Virus record (IMG/VR): IMGVR_UViG_3300031578_000056
From: a virus
Length of the DNA: 50,563 nt
Strand: one strand, 5' to 3'
Shown: in pieces, positions 40,597 through 49,933 of the stretch
Numbering within the stretch: position 1 is the stretch's first letter
How the letters are laid out: every line of letters begins with the position of its first letter
Program-made: the position numbers and the translations under genes
The notes under the pieces: model-generated
What the model saw: only the letters and a program-made list of their open reading frames with translations
Databases searched by the model: none
Told to the model about the DNA's origin: nothing

Positions 40597-42372
40597 TTAC
40601 TTATTTAAAAGATATCCATTTTCAATTAAGAACTGCCCCTCTTCCAATCCGTCAACAGTAAAGTCACCAGTTGTCGAAGTAAAAATATCAATATCAAATT
40701 CATTTTTCATTTGCTTTAACGTAAGTCTAGTTTTCATATCCATTGGCATCTCAACAAAAATAGCTCTTAACCCATCATCACCTTTTTTAATCTTCTCATC
40801 CAATAAATATTTTTGCATTAATATTGCAATAATCGGGCGCTGAGTCTCTGAATATTGAGAAATTAAGCGCGGTTTTACTTCTTTACTATTCGGATCAAAT
40901 AAATCTGGATTATATCTACCATCGTACATCGTGCGAATCTCTGACTTCTCATCATCACCAACAATAGAAAGAGTAAGTCCAGGAACGCCCAAATCGATTT
41001 GAGTAAATAAATTACAATATTCTTTCCAAATCTCCTTTACGTTTTCATCTGCAGCTTGATGATCAAAGAATGAAGCCCAACGTTTATTTATTTTGTTGGT
41101 TTCGTTTGCTTTGGTGATTTGTGCTGTTAAATCGGAAGTGTCATAAGGAGTAGGATCGAAAGTTTTTGTTTCGGTTACTGGATTTGCCTTTAGTGCAATT
41201 AATGGAGCGATTTCTTTTCTTAATTCTGACAATACACATAAAGACATATTTATTTCATCTGTGTATTTTTGCGTAAAGTCCGTAATCTTACCATCTGTCA
41301 TTGGCACTTTTGCGAGGGGGGTTAGGGCTTCTAATTCAGAGTGTAATAGGCGAGGCGATCCAATTTCGTTAAGTTTTTCATACCAATTAACCAACTCATC
41401 AACAGGCGCGTTAACCCTTGATAGAAATGTTATACTTTCACTAGCTTGAGCCCTCCATTTCCGTTCATCATCAATATGAGTATTATGCTTGGATATCTCA
41501 GTACTCAATTTCTCACTCCTTAATTGCTCCTGAGCTTCCAACCCCGAATTATAAGCCGTAATTTTACCCATCAATTCCGATGCCTTAGAAGTCAGCACAT
41601 CAATTTCAGATTGTACTTTATTCATTGCATCAATCTTATTCTGATTCTGTGCAGTTGCGAATATTTCACGGGCAGTAATTAAACCTTCCTCTAAATCCTT
41701 TTTCTGAGCTTCCAACGCCTCAACATCTACCAATTCAGGAACATTCTGCTCATCCCATCCTTCAGCTTCTAAGTGATTTCGAAAACCATTCATAGCTTTT
41801 TTTGTGTACTCTTTAGCTGATCTGTCTGCTTTGGCTTGATCTAATCTCCAAAGTATTGAATCTTTATAGTCAGGTGCCGATTTATCGAAAATAACACCCA
41901 TATCTTTAAGCTTCCAAGAGTAAGTATCCATCATGAAGTCGAGTTGAACGCGTGGATCTTTAGAAGTAAATCTACCAGCTCCGAAAGTTAATTCAGTTTG
42001 GAAAGTATCTCTTGCAACTGCGGGTGTCATTTTACGGCCATTAATAACTGGGTTCTTGCAAATCTTACCGTCATTATCTTTTTGGTAGCAAATGCCGTCC
42101 CATTTACCATCCTTGGAGGTTGTCCTCATGTAAATATGTTCGGCAGATGAAATACAAACTTCATTTGAAAAGTCACCTTCGCCTGTTGGATCTTCAAATT
42201 GCTTTGTACTACCTCCTGACATTGCAAGTTCTGGAGCTTTATGGGTTGTTGATTTACCGGTGCCAACTCCACCCTTAATTTCTATAATTTCGCCTTTTGA
42301 ATCGAAATCTATTTCCTGTACTTTAATTCCTTTGTAATCTGAAAGGATGTTTAGTGATAATAACTTGCTCAT
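40597..42372 (-). CDS. SMC/Rad50/SbcC-like ATPase
   Basis: N-terminal Walker A GGVGTGKS, a long coiled-coil middle, and a C-terminal LRAIFVEMPMD Walker B-like motif. Confidence 0.6.
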   Translation of the reverse strand: MSKLLSLNILSDYKGIKVQEIDFDSKGEIIEIKGGVGTGKSTTHKAPELAMSGGSTKQFEDPTGEGDFSNEVCISSAEHIYMRTTSKDGKWDGICYQKDNDGKICKNPVINGRKMTPAVARDTFQTELTFGAGRFTSKDPRVQLDFMMDTYSWKLKDMGVIFDKSAPDYKDSILWRLDQAKADRSAKEYTKKAMNGFRNHLEAEGWDEQNVPELVDVEALEAQKKDLEEGLITAREIFATAQNQNKIDAMNKVQSEIDVLTSKASELMGKITAYNSGLEAQEQLRSEKLSTEISKHNTHIDDERKWRAQASESITFLSRVNAPVDELVNWYEKLNEIGSPRLLHSELEALTPLAKVPMTDGKITDFTQKYTDEINMSLCVLSELRKEIAPLIALKANPVTETKTFDPTPYDTSDLTAQITKANETNKINKRWASFFDHQAADENVKEIWKEYCNLFTQIDLGVPGLTLSIVGDDEKSEIRTMYDGRYNPDLFDPNSKEVKPRLISQYSETQRPIIAILMQKYLLDEKIKKGDDGLRAIFVEMPMDMKTRLTLKQMKNEFDIDIFTSTTGDFTVDGLEEGQFLIENGYLLNK

Positions 42373-42469
42373 TTCTTTAAGATTTTTGGTTCTTTAATAA
42401 TTATTGATTTCTTTAATTCTTCAACTATTTCTTTGTCGTTCATGTGTTGGGTGTATCCCGATGATTTCT

Positions 42470-42709
42470 TCACCCAATTTTCGCGTGATCTTCTAAGTTT
42501 AGACATAATTTCTCAAATTGATTTATAAAATTCTTTGTCATTAATATTCTAATTTCTGCTTCGTGCCGCTTTACTAATTTATTTATGTCAGCATTACAAG
42601 ATAACCAGTATTCTAAATTTCTAATAAATTGCTCAGATCTAATGTGAGATTTATTTAGGCTATTTAGGCGTTTACGGTTTTTGATTGCTTTAATTAATAA
42701 TTGCTTCAT
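42470..42709 (-). CDS. Hypothetical basic protein
   Basis: 79-aa ORF. Confidence 0.45.
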   Translation of the reverse strand: MKQLLIKAIKNRKRLNSLNKSHIRSEQFIRNLEYWLSCNADINKLVKRHEAEIRILMTKNFINQFEKLCLNLEDHAKIG

Positions 42710-42710
42710 C

Positions 42711-43034
42711 TTATTTTACATAGTTAATATTTTCAATAAATCCATCACAATCGTCATCAAAGATAAATTCATCAACAGTATTAATTTCCTTTGATTTTTC
42801 GATTTTAGCAACTACTAATTGTAGGATCTGATCGTAAGAGGATACGTCTTCGTAATTCCTAATAACATAATTGCTGGGTTGAAAGTGATCTGATAGTCTA
42901 TATCTAAATCCGTTAATGGTTATGTATTGTGAACCATGAACTGCATTGTGAACCATGAACGTAGACCCTAATTCTCTTACCGCTAACTCTAATTCTTGGA
43001 TTGTCATCTCTTCATTTTTTAACGTAAGCTTCAT
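42711..43034 (-). CDS. Hypothetical protein
   Basis: 107-aa ORF preceded by TTTG-N20-TATATTTG (-7 box at 43047-43054). Confidence 0.5.
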   Translation of the reverse strand: MKLTLKNEEMTIQELELAVRELGSTFMVHNAVHGSQYITINGFRYRLSDHFQPSNYVIRNYEDVSSYDQILQLVVAKIEKSKEINTVDEFIFDDDCDGFIENINYVK

Positions 43035-43116
43035 TGCTTTCTTCTACAAATATAAAACAAAACTATTAATAAACCAAATATTAAAAAAGGATATTTTCAA
43101 AATACCCTAATTTATT

Positions 43117-43296
43117 TTATTTACATCCCTTAATATAATCGTCAACAGTTTCACAGAAAGCATTTATAGCCTCATGTCTGGTATCACCCTCAAAAGTAAC
43201 CAAGTCCCTAATAATTTCTATCCTTCCATAGTAACACCTATCAGCTTCTGAATATTGTATCCTTCCTAAGTATCCTTTATGTGTTAAGTATATCAT
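43117..43296 (-). CDS. HicB-like antitoxin N-terminal domain protein (59 aa)
   Basis: MIYLTHKGYLGRIQYSEADRCYYGRIEIIRDLVTFEGDTRHEAINAFCETVDDYIKGCK resembles the HicB-family pattern (Y.G.i.ys.ed..f.G.v.gi.d.i.feg.t..E....f...vddYl..c). Confidence 0.5.
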   Translation of the reverse strand: MIYLTHKGYLGRIQYSEADRCYYGRIEIIRDLVTFEGDTRHEAINAFCETVDDYIKGCK

Positions 43297-43300
43297 AGTT

Positions 43301-43642
43301 TTAAAACTCCATCCAATCCAAGCAAAACTTTCTAATAGCCTGGTAATTTCCAGTTCCTCTTGTCGGCTTCTGCCTACCCTTTAAAAATTCACACACAGTA
43401 ACATTGTGTACCTCTATTTCTTCAGATACGGCAAATTGAGTTTTACCACTCTTTTGAATAGCTCTAAGGAACTTTTCGGATGTGTACTTCCAATCATTAG
43501 CGTGCAACTCAATGAATCGTTCAGTAGCCTCGCAATTGATTTTATCGGTATAGAAAGCATTTCTGCTCATCCCGATTTCTTTGATAGCTTGTGTTCGTGT
43601 GATACAAGCCTCATCTAATAATTTATCTAGTTCTTTTCTCAT
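43301..43642 (-). CDS. Two-HTH transcriptional regulator (internal start preferred)
   Basis: MRKELDKLLDEACITRTQAIKEIGMSRNAFY... and ...SGKTQFAVSEEIEVHNVTVCEFLKG. The -7 box TACTTTTG (43648-43655) lies 5 nt upstream of the ATG at 43642. Confidence 0.55.
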   Translation of the reverse strand: MRKELDKLLDEACITRTQAIKEIGMSRNAFYTDKINCEATERFIELHANDWKYTSEKFLRAIQKSGKTQFAVSEEIEVHNVTVCEFLKGRQKPTRGTGNYQAIRKFCLDWMEF

Positions 43643-43765
43643 ATGAACAAAAGTACTAAAAACAAATAGACTTACAAAACAAAACAGATAAAAAAGCAGA
43701 AAGCCCAACATTAAATGCTAGGCCTTCGTTAATCTGTCAACACTTGGTTGATGATTTAAATGTTT

Positions 43766-43942
43766 TTACTCGTGCTTTCCACCACCTTTTTTTAGGTTTG
43801 GAATGATAAGATTTATCAATTTATCCAGCCATTCGAATATTTTATTATCTTTTTCCGAAGGAGTTAAATTAACTATTACCTTTAAAAATGCCATGAACCC
43901 AATCAATAGCGGTACCCAATTTTCAATTAAAAAATCAATCAT
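43766..43942 (-). CDS. Small TM protein of the lysis cassette (58 aa, holin-like)
   Basis: MIDFLIENWVPLLIGFMAFLKVIVNLTPSEKDNKIFEWLDKLINLIIPNLKKGGGKHE. Confidence 0.4.
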   Translation of the reverse strand: MIDFLIENWVPLLIGFMAFLKVIVNLTPSEKDNKIFEWLDKLINLIIPNLKKGGGKHE

Positions 43943-43943
43943 T

Positions 43944-44135
43944 TTATTTATTTTTAGTTAAACGTTTTTCTTTTCGCCTTTCTTTTCTTGATAATTTATG
44001 CTTTGAATTATCTTTTACTTTCTGACTTTCAATATTATCTCCAGCTACATTTACAATAGAGGGATCCTTTAACTTCATAAAAATTAAAAACCCTGCGATT
44101 ATTCCGCCGAAAAATAGGCTTATGCTTCTCCACAT
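43944..44135 (-). CDS. Small TM protein with a highly basic C-tail (holin/spanin-like)
   Basis: MWRSISLFFGGIIAGFLIFMKL... followed by ...KHKLSRKERRKEKRLTKNK. Confidence 0.45.
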   Translation of the reverse strand: MWRSISLFFGGIIAGFLIFMKLKDPSIVNVAGDNIESQKVKDNSKHKLSRKERRKEKRLTKNK

Positions 44136-44539
44136 GATGCTAACTGATTACTTAATGTTACGGCACGTTTGCCAACCTGCTTAGCCCATGAACTATCAAG
44201 CATTTCAATAGAAGCGTTTCTATATCCACCTAATTCTATGTGACGCAAAGTCTTTTTAAACTTCAACAATCTAGGCATTCCCATATTAAAGCACATATCA
44301 ATCAATACGATTTGCGCAACTTCTGGAAGATCGTAAAAGAATGGTAGATTTTTACTTAATTCATGCATACAGATATCAATATCATTCTGTAGCATATACT
44401 CCGCTTCATCTTCTGAAATTCCGCGATCTTCAATATTACGACCTACTCCGATTGTTAGTTTCCCGGCGGTGCATTTGTAAGGCATTAACCTAATGCCTTC
44501 ATGCTTCTTTAGTTGTTCAATTAGTTTCTTTCTCATCAT
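44120..44539 (-). CDS. Endolysin, GH24 (T4-type) lysozyme
   Basis: HEGIRLMPYKCTAGKLTIGVGRN aligns with T4 lysozyme [21 protein letters not shown]. Glu and Thr are conserved, and the Asp20 position is Cys. Confidence 0.8.
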   Translation of the reverse strand: MMRKKLIEQLKKHEGIRLMPYKCTAGKLTIGVGRNIEDRGISEDEAEYMLQNDIDICMHELSKNLPFFYDLPEVAQIVLIDMCFNMGMPRLLKFKKTLRHIELGGYRNASIEMLDSSWAKQVGKRAVTLSNQLASCGEA

Positions 44540-44922
44540 TTTGCTCTAGTTCCTGAAAATTTAATTATTTCCATTATGTGATAATTATACTCTTGTTCCG
44601 CTGCATCAATCAAATCTTGTTTTCCTCCTGCAAATGCTGCCATTTTAGCCATGTATGATGCTGAAAGTTTAGATGTTAATTGCTGCCCTTGTTCGTATCT
44701 TTCAATTTTTAAATACACCTTATCGACAACATCTTTATCCGCCTTGCCCTGCTCTAAAATACCCATCTTATAGATGCCTGTACCCATCGCCCCAATGAAG
44801 AAAATAAAAAGAAGTGCAATTGTAGTCCACGCATTCTTATTTCTTTTCTCCAATCTCATATTCGATTCCTCTAGCGCTTGAAGTACGCTATTTGCCCTCA
44901 CTAAAAAATCCTGCTCGCTCAT
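44536..44922 (-). CDS. Single-TM protein of the lysis cassette
   Basis: 128 aa with the TM segment WTTIALLFIFFIGAMGTGIY. Confidence 0.45.
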   Translation of the reverse strand: MSEQDFLVRANSVLQALEESNMRLEKRNKNAWTTIALLFIFFIGAMGTGIYKMGILEQGKADKDVVDKVYLKIERYEQGQQLTSKLSASYMAKMAAFAGGKQDLIDAAEQEYNYHIMEIIKFSGTRAK

Positions 44923-45272
44923 ATCCTAAAACGTTGTATAATAGAGAATCCGATTATACACCACAGAATTTGAACACAAATCACTGGGTTAGATGTGAAA
45001 TCTCTATAATTATAGAATGGCTCAAATAATATAGCCAAATTAAACACAATATAAAACAATTTCCATAAAATTGCAACCTCTAAAACTCGCTTCCAAGATG
45101 TTGATTTAATTGTGCCGTGCACAAATAAAAATGCTAGCAATCCTAAAACGTGCTCATTCTCGAAAAATAAAGTAAACCAATCCGTATCATAAGCGTCACC
45201 AATGCATAAAAACACTGAGCCTACAGTTAAGTAAGCTAGTGTAATTAATCCTTTAATCCTGTCGCTAATCAT
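44919..45272 (-). CDS. Multi-TM membrane protein (holin candidate)
   Basis: 117 aa with about 4 hydrophobic segments. Confidence 0.45.
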   Translation of the reverse strand: MISDRIKGLITLAYLTVGSVFLCIGDAYDTDWFTLFFENEHVLGLLAFLFVHGTIKSTSWKRVLEVAILWKLFYIVFNLAILFEPFYNYRDFTSNPVICVQILWCIIGFSIIQRFRI

Positions 45273-45355
45273 TTTTTTGGCTTAATAATAGGAGGTTGAA
45301 CATCATCTTTTGGCTTATTTGGCATAGTAATATAGTTTTAGTTTACGTAAAGGTA

Positions 45356-45706
45356 CTAATTAAAATATAAACTTTCTAACTTTTTTTTATTAATCGATAT
45401 ATCTTCAGAAAATATCGATCTAAATGATTCCAATTGAGTTAACCCCATTTGAGAATGAATAACAATAATATAAGTTACACCATCCATTGAAAAATAAATC
45501 TCACAATGGTAATCATTAATGTATCTTTCTGAAGCTATAAATCTTTCGTCTAAAAGTAAATCTTTTACAGTTATACTATTATCACTCAGTTTTCCTAGAA
45601 TGTCATAATTAAGAACTTCATCGTAACATAAAGGCAGTGCATCTTCATTTTTATCGCAAGACATTACTCCTAGAGCTAGTACAAGCATTAATATTAAGTT
45701 TCTCAT
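45356..45706 (-). CDS. Lipoprotein
   Basis: MRNLILMLVLALGVMSC|DKNE is a signal peptide with a lipobox Cys. It has its own promoter (TATATTTG, 45710-45717). Confidence 0.65.
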   Translation of the reverse strand: MRNLILMLVLALGVMSCDKNEDALPLCYDEVLNYDILGKLSDNSITVKDLLLDERFIASERYINDYHCEIYFSMDGVTYIIVIHSQMGLTQLESFRSIFSEDISINKKKLESLYFN

Positions 45707-45755
45707 ACGTCAAATATAAAACAAATTAATTAATAAAACAACATGTTATAAAACA

Positions 45756-48700
45756 CTAAACACCTGTTGCAGTACTTGCAACTATCCATTGGTTGCCATC
45801 ATAAGTATATGTAGCAGCTTGTAGCTTATTATCAATATCCATCGAAGTTGAAGAAACCCCATTGAAAATTATATTCTTACCATTTCCGTTAACTGTTATT
45901 GGATTCGATCTTCTTGCCACCACAACACTTCTGCCTAAGCTTAAATTTAGTAATGGAAGCTTAATATCTCCAGTACCACTTTGCACTATCATATAATTAT
46001 CAGCCAACATAGTGTAGGTTGTTGATTGATTTATATTTTTTACATTCTCAAAAACTGCGCCTTTAAAAATCAAGTCGTCTTTAATTTCAATGTCTCCATC
46101 ACAAACAATAGCTCTCGAGTCTCCAGAATCGAATCCATCCCCAGCATATATTGCGCAATGCTGGCCAGGTGTTAACGATCCAGTTCCAACCTTAGCTCTT
46201 ATTGTTTGAGTTGTTCCTAACAAGGCAGTTCCACATTCAAATATTCCTGCCGCATTATTATTGCCACCACTTGAATTTATTACTCCATTATTTATTAGAA
46301 TACCACCAACCCCGGCGCCACTTAAATTATCATCTATGGTAACAGTTATTGAATTCTGGCTATTTATGAACTTCATGCTATTATCTGCTGCAGTCACTTC
46401 AATTCTCTGCCCAGTAGTTGCAGTCTTCAAATTCTGAACTCCTAAATTCTCGATGTAAGCCAATGAAGCAAATAGTAAGCTAGTTGCAACGCTATCAAAT
46501 TGAGCACCAAAAGTATTCCATTTGGCCGTATTAGTTGGCGTAACATTTGAGAATGTTCCTGCATCTGTTCGTGCCACATAATAAGACCCTGAATATTTCA
46601 CAATGTCAACCCTTGTCCCTGTTCCGTAATATGTTTTGGAAGATGAATAATCACCTTGAAAAACTGGACTTGGACCCGTAGCGCCCGTAGCACCTGTTGC
46701 GCCTGTTGCACCAGTATCACCTGTTGCACCTGTTGCACCATTAACCCCACTTATCCTAGTTGGAGTTGTCCAGTTCGAAATTAATGATGTGCCTGCGTAA
46801 TTCTTAATAGACTTAGTGATCCATAAGTATTCCAAAACCCCAACTACAGGTGGAGTTGTTGACCATCCAGTAGGATTCAAAGCAGATACTACTATTGTAG
46901 GCGGTGTTGTTGTACTTCCATTCTTTGCGTACTGATACTCAAAATAATTTCCATTTATTCCATCATCACCATTAGTTCCATTATCTCCGACATATTGAAC
47001 AAACAACTCCCCAGAAACGGGAAGCGTAGGTGCTGTTTGAGCCTCAAAAAATGTTACATACTTTTCGTTAGTTCTATTGAAAGTTTGATTACTTCCTGAA
47101 CTATCAGTTGCGTAAATTGGGTAAACAGAACCCCCATCATCTCCGATAAATTTAACAAAAGTAGCTGATATAGGTAAACTTGGAGCAGTTCCAACATACT
47201 CATAATAATTCACATACTCTTTCGATCCGGCCGTCAATGACTGATTAGTTCCTATAGAATCATCTGCGTAAACTATCAACACAGATAAACCATTGTCACC
47301 GTCAACTCCCCTAATATCTACAGGAGCAGACCAGTAAGCCACTCCGCTAAAGGAAGAGAATCCAGCCTCAAATTGTTCACCATCAGCATCAACAAATGGC
47401 TCCCCATCAAAATCAATTAAGGAATCTATTTCAGTTTCTTTCAATGCTTGAATTCTCCAAAGAGACGTGTCTAACGTGACGGGTGGGTCTATTGTCCATC
47501 CAGCAGGACTTAGTGAGCTGTCGACACTAGGAGCTGTTGCGCCAGTTGCATATCTATAATCGAACCAAACGCCATTTACTCCAGGAGCACCAGCGTCACC
47601 TTTACCGAATGGCGTTCCTGCAGTCCAAGTCTGAGGCGTACCTGCCTGAACAAAGTAAATTAATGACTCATCTGTTGCGAAATAGGAATAATTCAAAGGT
47701 AATGATACTGGGCTTGGCCTATCTGCGAATAATCCCTGCTCATCAATTGTAAAATCGTCACCTTTAGCAGCCTTTAAAGTCCAATAAGTATTTTCTGCAG
47801 GAGTATTACCACTTGATGGTAAAGCATTTATATATCTCCATGTAGAACCGCCATATGTAACTTCATCATCTGTATAATAAGGAGATACCGCACTATAATC
47901 ACCACGAAAAACCCCAATCCCAGAAGTGTTTCCCCCTGCATTTTGTACAATAGTCCCTTTTAATACTACATTTTGCAATGTTGTTGTATTGGCTGCCGAG
48001 ACATTAACATCAAACCCACCCATTTTAATTTGAGATGAATCCAAATCGAAATAATTCTGTCCGTCAATTGAGACTATTCGACCAGTTGTAACAGTACGCC
48101 CATTTATGAATGTTGATCCATAAGTAAAACTTGACTGCCTAAATCCGTCTATAACTTCATATAGTATTCCAACTAAAAAATAATAATCATTTGTTTGATC
48201 TACTGTTATTTGAGAAGTTGACAATTCCCAAACTCCGGTTGCAGTAACCTTTGAGCATTTAGCGTATAGATAGTAAAAATTACTAGCTACCAACCCAGAA
48301 GAATCTAACGCACCAATTATCCAGTCCATACCAACAGCTCCAGATATTTCTAAATGGTGTAACATTCCCTCTGTTGCAACAAATCTGTTCTGATCTGCCA
48401 AATAATTAGCCTTAAAAGTACATTTTTCAAGTTGAAAATTTTGAGATTTAGCCCCAACCGCCAACATTGAAGTATTGATCGACAGAGGTTTAATATTATC
48501 AGTGTCGAAAAAGTCGTCTGTATCAAATAAACGATCTTGTAATAAACGATTCTTTAAAGTGTTTTTTCTTGCAAGTTCAATATTATTACTATTAACTATC
48601 TCAACCTTACGTGTATTCTCAAGTGTTTTAGCGGTCAATCTAGTTTGTTCAGATATCGGTACAAAATCGGAAATGGCGGCTTTAAATGACTTCATTATCG

Positions 48701-49931
48701 TATCATTCTGATCCTGGATAGTGGAAGATAATCTAATAAGTCTATCAATTCCGAAAGAAGCATCTACTATTCGAACAAAATCACCAGGCTTTGGGATAAT
48801 GCTATTTTGCATTAAAAAACGCTGATCGAAAATAAGATCATAAACAACCCTAACGCTTTTATTTTCTTGCAAATAAGTCTCTGTTGCTGTTTTTAATTCA
48901 GCCTCAGCAGCCGTTACATAAGCTGTAGGCATTATAATATCTATAAAAGATAAAGTATCTCCTACATTTATTTTTAATACTGTATTTGGGAAAGTTGTAC
49001 CTGATTCGTCCGTGTCCTCTATTAATGTGAAAGTTTTGGTTGTGTTATTGTAAGAATTGTCTTTTATTACAAATTCCCTTCCTAACATATCGCCTGATTG
49101 AAAGATAACTTTAGCTTCCAACCCAGCATTTAATTGATCCAATAAATTGAAATCCATCGATGGAACTGTAATAGTTAAATCGTCAACCACCGAAGTAACC
49201 GCACCAGTAAATCGTGGATAAATATCTTCATTCGTGTATTCAGCCTCAATTATTTCAGAAAATTCGCTAAAATCCTCAACGTACCCCTCAGTAAATGAAA
49301 GTTCTGATTTGCCATAATCGGATGGTAAATTTTTAGAAGAACCAAAACCATAAACACGGGTTACAGTTTCTTTACTATCTACATTTTTTCTGCTTAATTG
49401 ATACAAGCCTTTACCCTGTCCATACTCGAAAGTATATCCTGTCAATTGGCCTACTTCTTTCTTGGCTGTAATTACCTTGTTCGTAATGTCAAATTCTACA
49501 TCAAACTCAGTTGCTAATTGATTTAAAAATGATCTGCAGTCTGTAGAACTGAAAGTAATAGTTTTACTATCTGTAACCTCAATATCTCCCTTACTCCAAG
49601 TCGGATAAGTTTCATTTATGTTGCTTATAATTAAATCAATAAAGAACTCTAGGTTTCCATAAACGGAAGCCTCTCTACTGCCAAGGTATAAAAATCTTTT
49701 TCGAAGTAAAAAATAAATATCAGCCTCTAATGATAAAGAATATTTAAATATATCCTTACCTCCTTTTTCAATTACGGCAGGACGTGTAAGGTAGTATGTT
49801 TCGCCATTTACTATTAACGCTGTATTTAACGCAAAATCTTCGAGCGTTGGAATACTAAAATTAACGGCTAATTTATTATCAGCCATTAATCTTTTAGTGA
49901 TTGTTTTCGGAAATTTTGATAAGTCTATCAT
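45756..49931 (-). CDS. Large tail protein (Tal/central fibre) with a collagen-like segment and internal repeats
   Basis: 1391 aa. N-terminus resembles siphovirus tail-associated/endopeptidase-tail proteins. Contains GATGATGDTGATGATGATGATG and repeated blocks YA.D..G.NQ...YV..FE...P.LP...FV...GD.G. Confidence 0.65.
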   Translation of the reverse strand: MIDLSKFPKTITKRLMADNKLAVNFSIPTLEDFALNTALIVNGETYYLTRPAVIEKGGKDIFKYSLSLEADIYFLLRKRFLYLGSREASVYGNLEFFIDLIISNINETYPTWSKGDIEVTDSKTITFSSTDCRSFLNQLATEFDVEFDITNKVITAKKEVGQLTGYTFEYGQGKGLYQLSRKNVDSKETVTRVYGFGSSKNLPSDYGKSELSFTEGYVEDFSEFSEIIEAEYTNEDIYPRFTGAVTSVVDDLTITVPSMDFNLLDQLNAGLEAKVIFQSGDMLGREFVIKDNSYNNTTKTFTLIEDTDESGTTFPNTVLKINVGDTLSFIDIIMPTAYVTAAEAELKTATETYLQENKSVRVVYDLIFDQRFLMQNSIIPKPGDFVRIVDASFGIDRLIRLSSTIQDQNDTIMKSFKAAISDFVPISEQTRLTAKTLENTRKVEIVNSNNIELARKNTLKNRLLQDRLFDTDDFFDTDNIKPLSINTSMLAVGAKSQNFQLEKCTFKANYLADQNRFVATEGMLHHLEISGAVGMDWIIGALDSSGLVASNFYYLYAKCSKVTATGVWELSTSQITVDQTNDYYFLVGILYEVIDGFRQSSFTYGSTFINGRTVTTGRIVSIDGQNYFDLDSSQIKMGGFDVNVSAANTTTLQNVVLKGTIVQNAGGNTSGIGVFRGDYSAVSPYYTDDEVTYGGSTWRYINALPSSGNTPAENTYWTLKAAKGDDFTIDEQGLFADRPSPVSLPLNYSYFATDESLIYFVQAGTPQTWTAGTPFGKGDAGAPGVNGVWFDYRYATGATAPSVDSSLSPAGWTIDPPVTLDTSLWRIQALKETEIDSLIDFDGEPFVDADGEQFEAGFSSFSGVAYWSAPVDIRGVDGDNGLSVLIVYADDSIGTNQSLTAGSKEYVNYYEYVGTAPSLPISATFVKFIGDDGGSVYPIYATDSSGSNQTFNRTNEKYVTFFEAQTAPTLPVSGELFVQYVGDNGTNGDDGINGNYFEYQYAKNGSTTTPPTIVVSALNPTGWSTTPPVVGVLEYLWITKSIKNYAGTSLISNWTTPTRISGVNGATGATGDTGATGATGATGATGPSPVFQGDYSSSKTYYGTGTRVDIVKYSGSYYVARTDAGTFSNVTPTNTAKWNTFGAQFDSVATSLLFASLAYIENLGVQNLKTATTGQRIEVTAADNSMKFINSQNSITVTIDDNLSGAGVGGILINNGVINSSGGNNNAAGIFECGTALLGTTQTIRAKVGTGSLTPGQHCAIYAGDGFDSGDSRAIVCDGDIEIKDDLIFKGAVFENVKNINQSTTYTMLADNYMIVQSGTGDIKLPLLNLSLGRSVVVARRSNPITVNGNGKNIIFNGVSSTSMDIDNKLQAATYTYDGNQWIVASTATGV
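46672..46743. repeat. 9-bp periodic collagen-like (Gly-X-Y) coding repeat
   Basis: Plus strand ...gtagcgcccgtagcacctgttgcgcctgttgcaccagtatcacctgttgcacctgttgcacca..., encoding (GAT)n on the minus strand. Confidence 0.85.
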
Positions 49932-49933
49932 TA

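Noticed and set aside
43643-43711. Hydrophobic 23-aa N-terminal extension (MLGFLLFYLFCFVSLFVFSTFVH) of the HTH regulator, suggesting a membrane anchor
   Set aside because: A TACTTTTG -7 box lies inside this extension, 5 nt upstream of the internal ATG at 43642. The extension is most likely untranslated promoter DNA.
46672-46743. Short periodic repeat that might suggest a CRISPR-like or satellite array
   Set aside because: The period is 9 bp with no spacers, and it is in frame within the 1391-aa ORF, encoding Gly-X-Y collagen-like triplets. I saw no CRISPR array anywhere in the window.
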